From an uncultured bacterium (lineage in GTDB: Bacteria; Actinomycetota; Thermoleophilia; Solirubrobacterales; 70-9), in contig OY969575.1 of assembly GCA_963701205.1 (NCBI GenBank), positions 975,932 through 1,039,931 of the forward strand: a stretch of DNA of 64,000 nt, read 5' to 3'. The notes beneath the pieces were generated by a model. It was given only the letters and a program-made list of their open reading frames with translations. It made no database searches and had not been told where the DNA came from. The translations under genes and the position numbers were made by a program. This document shows, piece by piece, positions 36,075-44,481 of the stretch; position 1 is the first letter of the stretch, and every line of letters starts with the position of its first letter.

Positions 36075-37423
36075 GCAGGCCTCCCGCGGCCGATCTGGCT
36101 CCGTGCGTGTTCACTGATCAAGAGCAATAGCGCGAGCAGAATCATGTTCGCCACGATCGAACTCCCGCCGAACGAGATGAACGGCAAGGTCACGCCGGTC
36201 AGCGGAATCAGCTTGGTGACCCCGCCGATGATCACGAACGCCTGCAGGCAAAAAACGGTCGCCAGCCCCGTCGCGAGCAGCTTCGAGAATCCGTCGGGGG
36301 CAAGCAGCGCGGTTTTGAATCCGCGGGCGCCGATCAAGGCGTAGACCCCGATCAGGCCGCAGGCGCCGAACAGGCCGAGTTCGGCGACGATCACGGCGTA
36401 GATGAAGTCGGTGTGGGGCTCGGGCAGGATCGAGCCGCAATAGGGAAATCCGGCTTCGCAACCCGGCGGGAAGAACGGTCCCGGGAGTTTCAGCAGGGAC
36501 TGGCCCAGCCCCTCACCGAACAGCCCGCCCTCCGCCTGCGTGAAAAGGGCCGCGGTGATCTGGCCGGCGCCGTCGGGGGCGTCGCGGGCGAACGGATCGA
36601 GCCAGATGTCGAATCGGTCCTGAACGTGGCCAACGTTGCCGGCAATCAGGTAGGCACCCGCAAAGAACATGGCGAGCCCGATCAACACGTAGGACAGCCT
36701 GTTGGTGGCGACGTAGATCAGGGCCAAAAAAGCGCCGAAAAACATCAGCGAGCTACCAAGGTCACGGATGAACACCAACATCAGCATCGCCGCACCCCAG
36801 ACCACCAGCAAGGGCCCGAAATGCTTAAGCGGTGGAATCGTCAGCCCAATGACGCGGCGGGCGGCGACACTGAAGAGTTCGCGCTTTTCGTTCAGGTAGC
36901 TGGCCAAGAAGATGACTACGGCGATCTTCGCGAACTCGGAGGGCTGGAAGGAAAGCGGGCCCAGACTGACGTTGATGTAGGCGCCGGTGCGCTCGACGAC
37001 GCCGGAATCCACGAAAATCCGCGGCGCCATCAGCAAGGCGAGGCCGGCCAGCGCAATCAGGTAGCGGTACTGCTGAAGCTTGTCGTAATCGCGCAGGAAG
37101 GTGATCGTCGCGGCAAACGCCCCGAGGCCGACCAAGAACTGAGTCGCCTGCTCCACCGCGAGCGTTTCGTCGATCCGGTAGAGGACCACGAGGCCGGTCG
37201 CCGCCAGCGTGGCGCAGAGCGGAAACAGGTACGGGTCCGCGTTCGGCAGGGTTAGCCGCAAGAACAGGTGGGTCGCCACGCAGATCGCCAGGAAGTAGCC
37301 GCCGTAGATCAGGCTTGCGTCGTTGATCTCGTCGGACCCGACCGCGAACACCGCCGCGAATCCCGCCGTCACCAGCAGGGCCACGGGTATCAGCGCGAAC
37401 AACTCGCGGGTGCGCGCGCTCAT
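36071..37423 (-). CDS. rodA: FtsW/RodA/SpoVE-family peptidoglycan polymerase
   Basis: ORF 36071..38086, trimmed to ATG 37423 (MSARTRELFALIPVALL...), 10 nt after the pstP stop. SEDS motifs (QPSEFAKI, EPHTDFIY, GVTLPFISFGGSS). Confidence 0.85.
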   Translation of the reverse strand: MSARTRELFALIPVALLVTAGFAAVFAVGSDEINDASLIYGGYFLAICVATHLFLRLTLPNADPYLFPLCATLAATGLVVLYRIDETLAVEQATQFLVGLGAFAATITFLRDYDKLQQYRYLIALAGLALLMAPRIFVDSGVVERTGAYINVSLGPLSFQPSEFAKIAVVIFLASYLNEKRELFSVAARRVIGLTIPPLKHFGPLLVVWGAAMLMLVFIRDLGSSLMFFGAFLALIYVATNRLSYVLIGLAMFFAGAYLIAGNVGHVQDRFDIWLDPFARDAPDGAGQITAALFTQAEGGLFGEGLGQSLLKLPGPFFPPGCEAGFPYCGSILPEPHTDFIYAVIVAELGLFGACGLIGVYALIGARGFKTALLAPDGFSKLLATGLATVFCLQAFVIIGGVTKLIPLTGVTLPFISFGGSSIVANMILLALLLLISEHARSQIGRGRPA

Positions 37424-37433
37424 GGGGCCCGCC

Positions 37434-38699
37434 TCATCCGCCGCCGGTCGCGGATTTGCCCTGCCCGGCGGCAGCCCGATCGTCCTTGCTTGGTGCCGGG
37501 TCCGGTTCTGCGGGAGCCAGCGCCGAGCGCTCGAGGTTGTCGAGCAGATCGACGGCGTCGTCACGAGAGCGCAGCTGATGATCGGTGGCCTCGTCGCGGC
37601 GATCCTCGGGCAGCGACCGGACTCTGGCGGGGCTGGACAGGACCTCGCTGTAGAGGTCAATCCCCAACGGCAACTCGTACGGCAAACCCCTAAAAAGGGC
37701 CATGCGGCCGCCCTCGTCCGTTCCCAGGAAGTAGATCTGACGGCTGCCAACGAATGCTCCCGCGATGATGCCCGCGACCACGACAAGTGCGAGCAACGAC
37801 TTGGCCAGGGTCCGCCCGCGTCTGCGCTCCGGTGCCGACGCGGCGACGGGCTCTGCTGCTGCGCCGCCCATGCTGGCCCGGCGAACGCGGCTGGCCTCCG
37901 CCCGGATGGCGGCGGCATCGAGGCCGGCGCCCGCCGCGCTCGGGCCGACGAACGTGGCGTCGTCTGCAGTCGGCGATGGATCGCCTTCCTCCAGGCGAAA
38001 AGCGACCACGGTGATGTTGTCGCGGCCGCCGGCTTCGTTCGCCGCGGCAACAAGCTCTGCGGTCGCCTGATCAAGCGTCTCGGCACCCAGCAGAATCTGC
38101 CGGATCCGATCCTCCTTGAGCATCGTCGTCAGGCCGTCCGAGCAAAGCAGGTAGACGTCGTCAGGACGGGCGGCGAAGGTCATCGTGTCGACCTCCACCT
38201 CGGGTTCCGGCCCGAGCGCCCGGGTGATGATCGATCGCTGCGGATGCTCCTCGGCCTGCTCGGCCGTCAGGCGGCCCTGGCGGCGCAACTCCTCGACCAG
38301 CGAGTGGTCAGTTGTCAGCAGGCTCAGATCGCCGTCACGCATCCGGTAGGCGCGGCTATCGCCAACGTGGCCAAGCGCGATTTCGTCGCCCTCCACGAGC
38401 GCGGCGGTGAGCGTCGTTCCCATCCCGGACCGCGAGGAATCCTCATGGGCGACGCTGTTGATCCTGCGATTTGCCGCCTCGACCACGGACTGCAGGAACG
38501 CCTCGGGGGCCAGGGATCCCCGTTCAGCGGGTTCAAAGGCCTCGGCCGCGAGACGCGACGCAACTTCACCGGCTTGGGCGCCACCCATACCGTCGGCGAC
38601 CGCAAACAGCGGCGCCCGCGCAAAAAACGAGTCTTCGTTGGCAGCACGCTGCCGACCGGTATCGGTGCGAAACGACTGCTCTGCAACTCGAACGGACAC
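37434..38699 (-). CDS. pstP: PP2C-family Ser/Thr phosphatase with C-terminal TM
   Basis: 421-aa ORF. PP2C motifs (RAANEDSF, AVADGMGG, LLCSDGL, GGRDNITVV), TM (SLLALVVVAGIIAGAFV). Confidence 0.85.
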   Translation of the reverse strand: MSVRVAEQSFRTDTGRQRAANEDSFFARAPLFAVADGMGGAQAGEVASRLAAEAFEPAERGSLAPEAFLQSVVEAANRRINSVAHEDSSRSGMGTTLTAALVEGDEIALGHVGDSRAYRMRDGDLSLLTTDHSLVEELRRQGRLTAEQAEEHPQRSIITRALGPEPEVEVDTMTFAARPDDVYLLCSDGLTTMLKEDRIRQILLGAETLDQATAELVAAANEAGGRDNITVVAFRLEEGDPSPTADDATFVGPSAAGAGLDAAAIRAEASRVRRASMGGAAAEPVAASAPERRRGRTLAKSLLALVVVAGIIAGAFVGSRQIYFLGTDEGGRMALFRGLPYELPLGIDLYSEVLSSPARVRSLPEDRRDEATDHQLRSRDDAVDLLDNLERSALAPAEPDPAPSKDDRAAAGQGKSATGGG

Positions 38700-38705
38700 C
38701 TGGAG

Positions 38706-39188
38706 CTACTCCCCTGGGACGTCCAGCTCGAAACGAAACTCGGTGTCGCCGATCCGGATCTCGTCGAGGTCGCTCAACATCGCTTCGCCCCGCAACTGGC
38801 CGCCGTTCAAGAAGGTCCCGTTCGTGGAACCCATGTCCTCGGCGTAATAGCTGGGGCCGCGCGAGTAGAGGCGGCAGTGGATCCCGGATGCAAAGCGATC
38901 ATCAATCTGAACATCCGCGTCCGCCGCTCGTCCGATCGCAAGCCCCCCGAACATGTCGTAGCGGCGGCCCGGCTGCAGGCCACCACCCTTGACCACGGCC
39001 AAAAACGCGTCCGTTGACGGCGCTCGGCCGCCGGGTCCGGCCACCTGATGAAACCCCGTTGCCTCGGGCGCCGGTGATGTCGCGTCCCGCAGCTCCTTCA
39101 GGGCGCTGCGGCTGACCCAGAGCAGGAACAGGTAGAGCACGGCCAAAAAGCCGAACTGAAGCCCGACCGCGATCGGCTCGGTGTCCAT
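38706..39188 (-). CDS. fhaB: membrane-anchored FHA-domain protein (FhaB/FipA-like)
   Basis: 160-aa ORF. N-terminal TM, C-terminal FHA (IGRAADADVQIDD...ASGIHCRL...DMGSTNGTFLNG). Confidence 0.75.
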   Translation of the reverse strand: MDTEPIAVGLQFGFLAVLYLFLLWVSRSALKELRDATSPAPEATGFHQVAGPGGRAPSTDAFLAVVKGGGLQPGRRYDMFGGLAIGRAADADVQIDDRFASGIHCRLYSRGPSYYAEDMGSTNGTFLNGGQLRGEAMLSDLDEIRIGDTEFRFELDVPGE

Positions 39189-39203
39189 CAGCCCCGCACC
39201 CTC

Positions 39204-39977
39204 TCAGTGTTCGATATCGAAGGTGAAGTAGGTCGTGCCCATCTGGACCTGATCGCCCGGGTTGAGCCGGGCGCGGTCAACTTGGCGTCCGTTGACCTTG
39301 ATCCCGTTTGTTGACCCCAGATCCACGACCTCCCAGTCACCGGAGGAGTTACGCCGGAGCTCGGCATGCCGACGTGAGATATTCGGATCAGCAAGCACGC
39401 AGTCGCAGTCGCGGGATCGGCCAAGCGACGCCGGCGTTCGGTCAAGCACGTAGCGGCGGTCATCGAGTGAGACGATGGCCTTCGTCTCGGTCAGATGCGC
39501 GGTGTGCTTCGCGGATCCGCGGGGCTTCGCCGCCTGCTTGGGCGGGACCGAGTAGACCATCGTGTGGCCCTGCTCTCCCTGCGACGGGGCCTCCCCCTGT
39601 TGCTTTGCCTCCTTGACGAGGCGGGTCTGGATTCCGAACTCGCCCAGCCGCAATTGCTCGTCGGTGTCGAGCTTCACCTCGGGACGGGTCAGGAGCGCGT
39701 AGTCATGGCGTCGTGCGTGTTCCAGCAGATACGAGGAGAGCTCCTGCTCGAGCGATGTCTCGTAGCCCTCAAGGCGCTCCCGGTCCTCGGGACCAAGCCA
39801 GACGGTGTACTGGTTTGGCACGTAGGTACGGGCGATCGACGCCGTGCGATGGGCGTCCATCTCCTTCGCCAGCTTGCGGGCGATCTCGACCGGCTGCACC
39901 TCCGAGGAGAACGCACGCGAAAACACGCCTTCGACAAGGCTCTCGATACGGGCTTCGAGGTTCCGAAGGACGCTGAT
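39204..39977 (-). CDS. fhaA: FhaA-like protein (DUF3662 N-terminal domain + FHA domain)
   Basis: Track ORF 39204..39926 (GTG). The DUF3662-like helix continues upstream, so I extend to ATC 39977, which is preceded by AGGAGA (see finding). C-terminal FHA (LGRSRDCDCVLADPNISRRHAEL...DLGSTNGIKVNG). 5' end uncertain. Confidence 0.7.
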   Translation of the reverse strand: MSVLRNLEARIESLVEGVFSRAFSSEVQPVEIARKLAKEMDAHRTASIARTYVPNQYTVWLGPEDRERLEGYETSLEQELSSYLLEHARRHDYALLTRPEVKLDTDEQLRLGEFGIQTRLVKEAKQQGEAPSQGEQGHTMVYSVPPKQAAKPRGSAKHTAHLTETKAIVSLDDRRYVLDRTPASLGRSRDCDCVLADPNISRRHAELRRNSSGDWEVVDLGSTNGIKVNGRQVDRARLNPGDQVQMGTTYFTFDIEH

Positions 39978-40045
39978 GTCGGTTCTCCTACCGGGTCGCG
40001 GGAACCCAGAATCCTAGTGGTGCGGGGCCCGACAGCAGGCCAAGC

Positions 40046-41578
40046 TCAGCGGAGCGCCGGTTGGGCGGGAACAAGCGGCTTGGGCGCTGCCGGACGCGAT
40101 GGGCGGGTGAATCCAGCGCTCACGGCGACGGCCAGCCCGGCTGCCAGGACGAGCAACCCGGCGCTGCGTCCCTGCGCGCCGTTGCCGATCGCCGTCAGGG
40201 CCGCGCCAAGCGCGGCAGACCAAATCATCGCGCCGACAAGAGCAAGGGCGGGATGCGCGCGCAGAATCCAGCCGAGCAATGCCGCCGCGGCGCCCAGAGA
40301 CAAGATGGCCACCAGCACCTGCGGTTCGGCGAGGGTTGCCGCGACGCCGGTCAGGGCGTCAGATGCTGAGGACTCCCAGCCCTGCGGAGCCTTTGCTGCC
40401 AACCCCAGCCGCGAACCGGCGTCGATCGCCACGGCCGCGCTCATGTAGGCAGCAAACGCACAGGCGCCGAGGACAAAGCGCTCGACCGGGCGGCGGCCGA
40501 CGACTGCGACGAGCGCGGCTGCTGCTGCGACGCAACCGATCGCGCCAAGCGGCACCGCTGCAAGCGGAGCGAGTGCGTGCAATGGGTGCGTAGTCACCGC
40601 CAGAGCGGGTAGCAAGAGCAATGCCAACACGAGCGCGGCGCCTGGCAGTCCCACCGGCCCGGCCAGGGCGGCCAGGGCCACCCCAATTCCCAGCAGGGTC
40701 AGAATCCGCGACAGCGAGCGCTCGCCAAGGATCGGAGCAGCGCCGTCGGGCGCCGGCACGGCGCATTCGTCGTCCAGCTCAAGGCCGTGCCTGTCGAGCA
40801 CCGTATGCAGGCGTTCCAGGCCGGGCCGGTTCCGCGGATCGGGCTCCAGACAGGCGTCGATCTGCGTGATGATCGCCCGCGGAAGGTCTGGCCGCGCGTC
40901 GGCCAGCGATGGAATCGGTTGCCCGATCTGGCGCGCCGTCTGCGCCGGCGAGCGTCTGGCGACCGGGTGCTCACCCGCCCAGGCCTCATACAGCGTCAGC
41001 GCCAATGAGTAGACGTCAGCTTCGGCGCCCGCTGTTTGGCCTTCGGCCTGCTCCGGCGCCATATAGGCAAGCGTGCCCACGACTTCACCGGTTGCGGTCA
41101 GGGCGGGGGCCCCGGCAACGGCGGCGATGCCGAAGTCCATCAGCTTTGCCCGGCGGCCACCAGAATCCCAGGGCCGCACGATCGCGTTCTGCGGCTTCAC
41201 GTCGCGGTGGATGACGCCGCGTTTGTGGGCGTGCGCGAGGGCAGCGCATAAGTCACCGCCAATCTCGGCGACATCGCGGTCTGAGATCGCGCCGTCGCGG
41301 GCCATGCGATCAAGGGTCTTGCCCTCGACAAGTTCTGAGACGAGGATCGCGTGGCCGTCGCGTTCCCCAAGCTCATAGAGCGTCACGATCGCGGGATGAT
41401 TGAGCCGAGCTGCGGCCTGCGCCTCGCGGAGAACGCGCTCGGCGCCAGCGCACTCGATCTCCTTCAGCGCAACGGGTCGCTCAAGGCGCTCGTCGAAGGC
41501 ACGAAAGACGGTGCCCATTCCCCCGGAGCCGATTCGCTCCCCGATCCGGAACCGCCCCATGACCAGATCTTCAGACAA
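40046..41578 (-). CDS. Hanks-type Ser/Thr protein kinase with polytopic C-terminal membrane domain
   Basis: 510-aa ORF. Kinase motifs intact (IGSGGMGTVF, VALKEI, HRDVKPQNAIV, DFGIA, APEQA). About 220 C-terminal residues form several hydrophobic Ala/Leu/Gly-rich segments. Confidence 0.85.
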   Translation of the reverse strand: MSEDLVMGRFRIGERIGSGGMGTVFRAFDERLERPVALKEIECAGAERVLREAQAAARLNHPAIVTLYELGERDGHAILVSELVEGKTLDRMARDGAISDRDVAEIGGDLCAALAHAHKRGVIHRDVKPQNAIVRPWDSGGRRAKLMDFGIAAVAGAPALTATGEVVGTLAYMAPEQAEGQTAGAEADVYSLALTLYEAWAGEHPVARRSPAQTARQIGQPIPSLADARPDLPRAIITQIDACLEPDPRNRPGLERLHTVLDRHGLELDDECAVPAPDGAAPILGERSLSRILTLLGIGVALAALAGPVGLPGAALVLALLLLPALAVTTHPLHALAPLAAVPLGAIGCVAAAAALVAVVGRRPVERFVLGACAFAAYMSAAVAIDAGSRLGLAAKAPQGWESSASDALTGVAATLAEPQVLVAILSLGAAAALLGWILRAHPALALVGAMIWSAALGAALTAIGNGAQGRSAGLLVLAAGLAVAVSAGFTRPSRPAAPKPLVPAQPALR

Positions 41579-41692
41579 ATCATGGACGCGTTCGCCACCT
41601 GAAGCCGGTTTCCTGCCACGGGCCGCCGTCGAGGGGTAATACTCTCGGGCACGCGACGAGCGTGTTTTTGCCGTCCAGGCCAGAGCTGACGA

Positions 41693-42787
41693 GTGGAATT
41701 TTCACAATCCGACCCATCACCCGAGCCACGACGGGCGCGCCCGCGGCCGTCGTCGCAGCGCGCCCGTGGGCTGCCCCCCGGGCCTCCCAAGGAACCGGCG
41801 GGCGACCTCCTGAAGAGACGGATGATCGCCTTTGCGGTGGGTGCCGGAATCATCGTGATCTTGCTGCTGGGAATCCGCGCCTGCCTTGACCAGCGCAAGG
41901 AGCGCGCATACGAGAACTACCTGCGCGACCTATCGGCGCTGTTGACCACCTCGGCGCAGCTCTCGCAGGATTTCTTCAACACTCTGCGCAACCCGGGCGA
42001 GGCTTCGAAAATCGAGTTTCGCGATCAAATCAGCGCCAGCCGCGGCACCGGCGAAGACCTCTTCAAGCGGGCTCAGGGACTGAGCGCGCCCGGCGAGCTC
42101 GCAGAAGCCCAGGCGGATCTTGAGCTTGCCTTCGAGTTGCGTCGCGACGGGCTGACCAGCATCGTCGAGCAGATTCCAACGGCGCTCGGAGACGAGGGCA
42201 GGATCGAAGCGATCAAGCAGATCGCGCAGGACATGCGTCAGTTCCTTGCCTCCGACGTCCTCTACGCAAGGGCGCGAACCGCGATGTTGGCGGCGCTGGG
42301 CGAGCAGGAGATCGCCGGCGAGGTGCCGGAGAGCCTGTTTTTGCCCGACACGGATCCCTGGCTTGATTACGTCGCGCTAACCGCCGTGCTCGCGCAGGTC
42401 GCGGGCGAGACAACCGGGCTGGATGCGGCCCGCGGCACTGAGATCGCGGCCACCGTGCTGAGGCCGGGCAACGTGCCGCTTGTCCCCGACAGCCCTAATC
42501 CGTTGGGCCAGGTTGCTGGCGAGATCGAGATCAGCGTCCTAAACGGCGGCACCGCCGAGGAGGTTGACGTCTCGGTGGCGTTCGAGCTTGTCGGCGGAAT
42601 CGAGACGATCGCCGCCGAGACGACGATTCCCAGGATCGGGGCGGGCAACACGGAATCCACGAGGATCCCCATAACCGGCGAGATCCCAACGGGAGTCGAA
42701 CTGACGCTGACCGTGACCGTCCTGCCCGTTCCCGGCGAGACGATCATCGACAACAACGAATCGACCTACCGGGTCACCTTCGAGTGA
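41693..42787 (+). CDS. membrane-anchored hypothetical protein with C-terminal CARDB-like beta domain
   Basis: 364-aa ORF. Arg/Pro-rich N-terminus, TM (MIAFAVGAGIIVILLLGI), helical region, C-terminal EISVLNGGTAEEVDVSV...TVLPVPGETIIDNNESTYRVTF. Start uncertain. Confidence 0.4.
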   Translation: MEFSQSDPSPEPRRARPRPSSQRARGLPPGPPKEPAGDLLKRRMIAFAVGAGIIVILLLGIRACLDQRKERAYENYLRDLSALLTTSAQLSQDFFNTLRNPGEASKIEFRDQISASRGTGEDLFKRAQGLSAPGELAEAQADLELAFELRRDGLTSIVEQIPTALGDEGRIEAIKQIAQDMRQFLASDVLYARARTAMLAALGEQEIAGEVPESLFLPDTDPWLDYVALTAVLAQVAGETTGLDAARGTEIAATVLRPGNVPLVPDSPNPLGQVAGEIEISVLNGGTAEEVDVSVAFELVGGIETIAAETTIPRIGAGNTESTRIPITGEIPTGVELTLTVTVLPVPGETIIDNNESTYRVTFE

Positions 42788-43632
42788 GGGTCGCTTTCCT
42801 CGGTCCGGAAGGGACCTTCTCCCAGGACGCTCTGGAGGCGATCGCGGTTCGGGCCGAAGTTGAACCCGTGTCCGCCCCGACGATTCACGCGGCGGTGCTC
42901 GCGGTGGCGGAAGGGGACGTTGATCGGGCGCTGGTTCCGTTCGAGAACTCGATCGAGGGGTCCGTCCGCCCCGCCCTCGACGCGCTCGCCTTCGATGCCC
43001 CGGAGGTGCGGATCGTCGGCGAGCACGATCACCCGATTTCGCAGGCGCTGATCGCGAAGGGCAAGATTGAGTTGGCGGCGATCGAGGTGGTCGTCAGCCA
43101 CCCGCAGCCGACCGCGCAATGCGCTCGGTTTTTGCGACGCGAGTTGCCGGCGGCCGACCTCCGCCCGGCCGCCAGCACCGCGGATGCCGTCCGCTTGGTC
43201 GGCGAGAGCGACGGCCCCTGGGCGGCGCTCGGTCCTGCCGGCGCGGCCGACGTGTATGGGTGCATCGTTCTTCGCGACGCCGTTGAAGACGAGCCCGGCA
43301 ACGAGACGCGGTTCGTCTGGTTGGCGCGCGCCGGAGTTGAGGCCGAAGGTGACGGCGAGTGGCGGACGACGCTGATCTTCTCCGAGCTGGGAGCCGACCA
43401 TCCGGGTGCCCTTGTGGACGCGCTGACCGAGTTCTCCGACCGCGGCGTCAACCTGACCCGCATCGAGTCGCGGCCGCGGCGCGAGGGGCTCGGCCGCTAC
43501 ATGTTCTTTGCCGACCTTGACGGTTCTGAACGCGACGCCTCGGTGGCCGACGCAATCGCGGCGCTTCGCGGCAAGGCCGAGAACGTTCGCGTGCTCGGCA
43601 GCTACCCGGTTGGCGCTGCCGAGCTCCCCTGA
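42784..43632 (+). CDS. pheA: prephenate dehydratase (PDT + ACT domains)
   Basis: 282-aa ORF, GTG start in a GTGA overlap. Motifs VAFLGPEGTFSQ, VPFENSIEGSV, NETRFVW, ACT region (GALVDALTEFSDRGVNLTRIESRP). Confidence 0.85.
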   Translation: MRVAFLGPEGTFSQDALEAIAVRAEVEPVSAPTIHAAVLAVAEGDVDRALVPFENSIEGSVRPALDALAFDAPEVRIVGEHDHPISQALIAKGKIELAAIEVVVSHPQPTAQCARFLRRELPAADLRPAASTADAVRLVGESDGPWAALGPAGAADVYGCIVLRDAVEDEPGNETRFVWLARAGVEAEGDGEWRTTLIFSELGADHPGALVDALTEFSDRGVNLTRIESRPRREGLGRYMFFADLDGSERDASVADAIAALRGKAENVRVLGSYPVGAAELP

Positions 43633-43680
43633 CCGCGGGACGTCAAGTCGGCCACGGCGGCATCTAGAATCTCGCTCGCC

Positions 43681-44244
43681 ATGAACAACGTCGTTTCTCT
43701 CGCTGCTCGCATGCACGGCGGGCGTGTGCGCGGGCCGGCGCGCGGCAGGGTTTTGGTCCTCAACGCAAGCTACGAGCCGATCAACGTCTGCACGATGCGC
43801 CGGGCAACCGTTCTGGTCTTGAAGGAACGTGCCGAGGTTCTGGAGCACGGCGAGGGTGCGATGCGCTCCGAGCGCTACACCCTGGAGGCTCCCTGCGTGA
43901 TCCGCCTTGTGCGCTACGTACGGGTCCCGCGTGATGCCCACCGCCGCAAGATCACCCGCAAGGCCGTGCTTGCACGTGACTCATACACCTGCCAGTACTG
44001 CGGGCACGAGGCGCACGGTTTGACCGTGGATCACGTGATCCCGCGCTCGCGCGGTGGTGGCTCGGAGTGGGAAAACATCGTCGCCGCCTGCGCGCCATGC
44101 AACCGTCGCAAGGGCAACCGCCTGCCGACCGAGGCGCGGATGCCGCTACGGGCGAGGCCGAAGGCGCCAGGGCCGAATGTCTTTATCCGCATCGCGAGCC
44201 CGCGCGTGCCAACCGTTTGGGAGCAGTACCTGCTGGCAGCGTGA
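43681..44244 (+). CDS. HNH endonuclease family protein
   Basis: 187-aa ORF. HNH/zinc motif (CQYCGHEAHGLTVDHVIPRSRGG...NIVAACAPCNRRKGN). Confidence 0.8.
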   Translation: MNNVVSLAARMHGGRVRGPARGRVLVLNASYEPINVCTMRRATVLVLKERAEVLEHGEGAMRSERYTLEAPCVIRLVRYVRVPRDAHRRKITRKAVLARDSYTCQYCGHEAHGLTVDHVIPRSRGGGSEWENIVAACAPCNRRKGNRLPTEARMPLRARPKAPGPNVFIRIASPRVPTVWEQYLLAA

Positions 44245-44246
44245 AC

Positions 44247-44272
44247 GGGGCCGCCCGAAGGCGGCCCCTTTT
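44247..44272 (+). terminator. rho-independent terminator after the HNH gene
   Basis: GGGGCCGCC-CGAA-GGCGGCCCC (9-bp GC stem, tetraloop) followed by TTTT, starting 3 nt after the stop codon. Confidence 0.7.
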
Positions 44273-44481
44273 GCGGTTGCGGTTGGATGAAGCGGAATTG
44301 CCAACGGGTGGGACAACCTCCCGCCTTCCGGTTCACCGGTGCCCGGTCTGGATTTCGCCAGGCCGCACCTGCTACCTAACGCTCCGGCACCTCCAGAGTC
44401 CCGTAAATCATGCTCAACTTAGGACCACCTCCTTTCTCTGGTCCAACGATTGAACCAAAGTGCGAGGCGGAGCGGCGGCGC

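Noticed and set aside
37424-38086. N-terminal 221-codon extension of the rodA ORF (track 36071..38086)
   Set aside because: It overlaps the pstP coding region in another frame and is Pro/Arg/Ser-rich. The SEDS protein begins naturally at ATG 37423, 10 nt after the pstP stop.
37323-39017. 564-aa plus-strand ORF antisense to pstP/fhaB
   Set aside because: Same reasoning: it shadows two conserved, tightly packed minus-strand genes and has no domain signature.
42766-43941. 391-aa minus-strand ORF opposite pheA and the HNH gene start
   Set aside because: It shadows pheA, which has clear PDT/ACT motifs. No motifs of its own.
44028-44041. Perfect 14-bp palindrome GGATCACGTGATCC as a possible parS or operator
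   Set aside because: It shares only the central TCACGTGA with parS (4 of 14 core positions differ). It lies in the codons for the conserved VDHVIP segment of the HNH motif, so coding constraint explains it.
44273-44481. tRNA or SRP (4.5S) RNA in the gyrA-HNH spacer
   Set aside because: There is no T-loop (GTTCRANYC with a 5-bp stem) or cloverleaf. The CCGGAAGG segment lacks the conserved AGCA/GGAA-flanking SRP helix-8 motifs on both sides.
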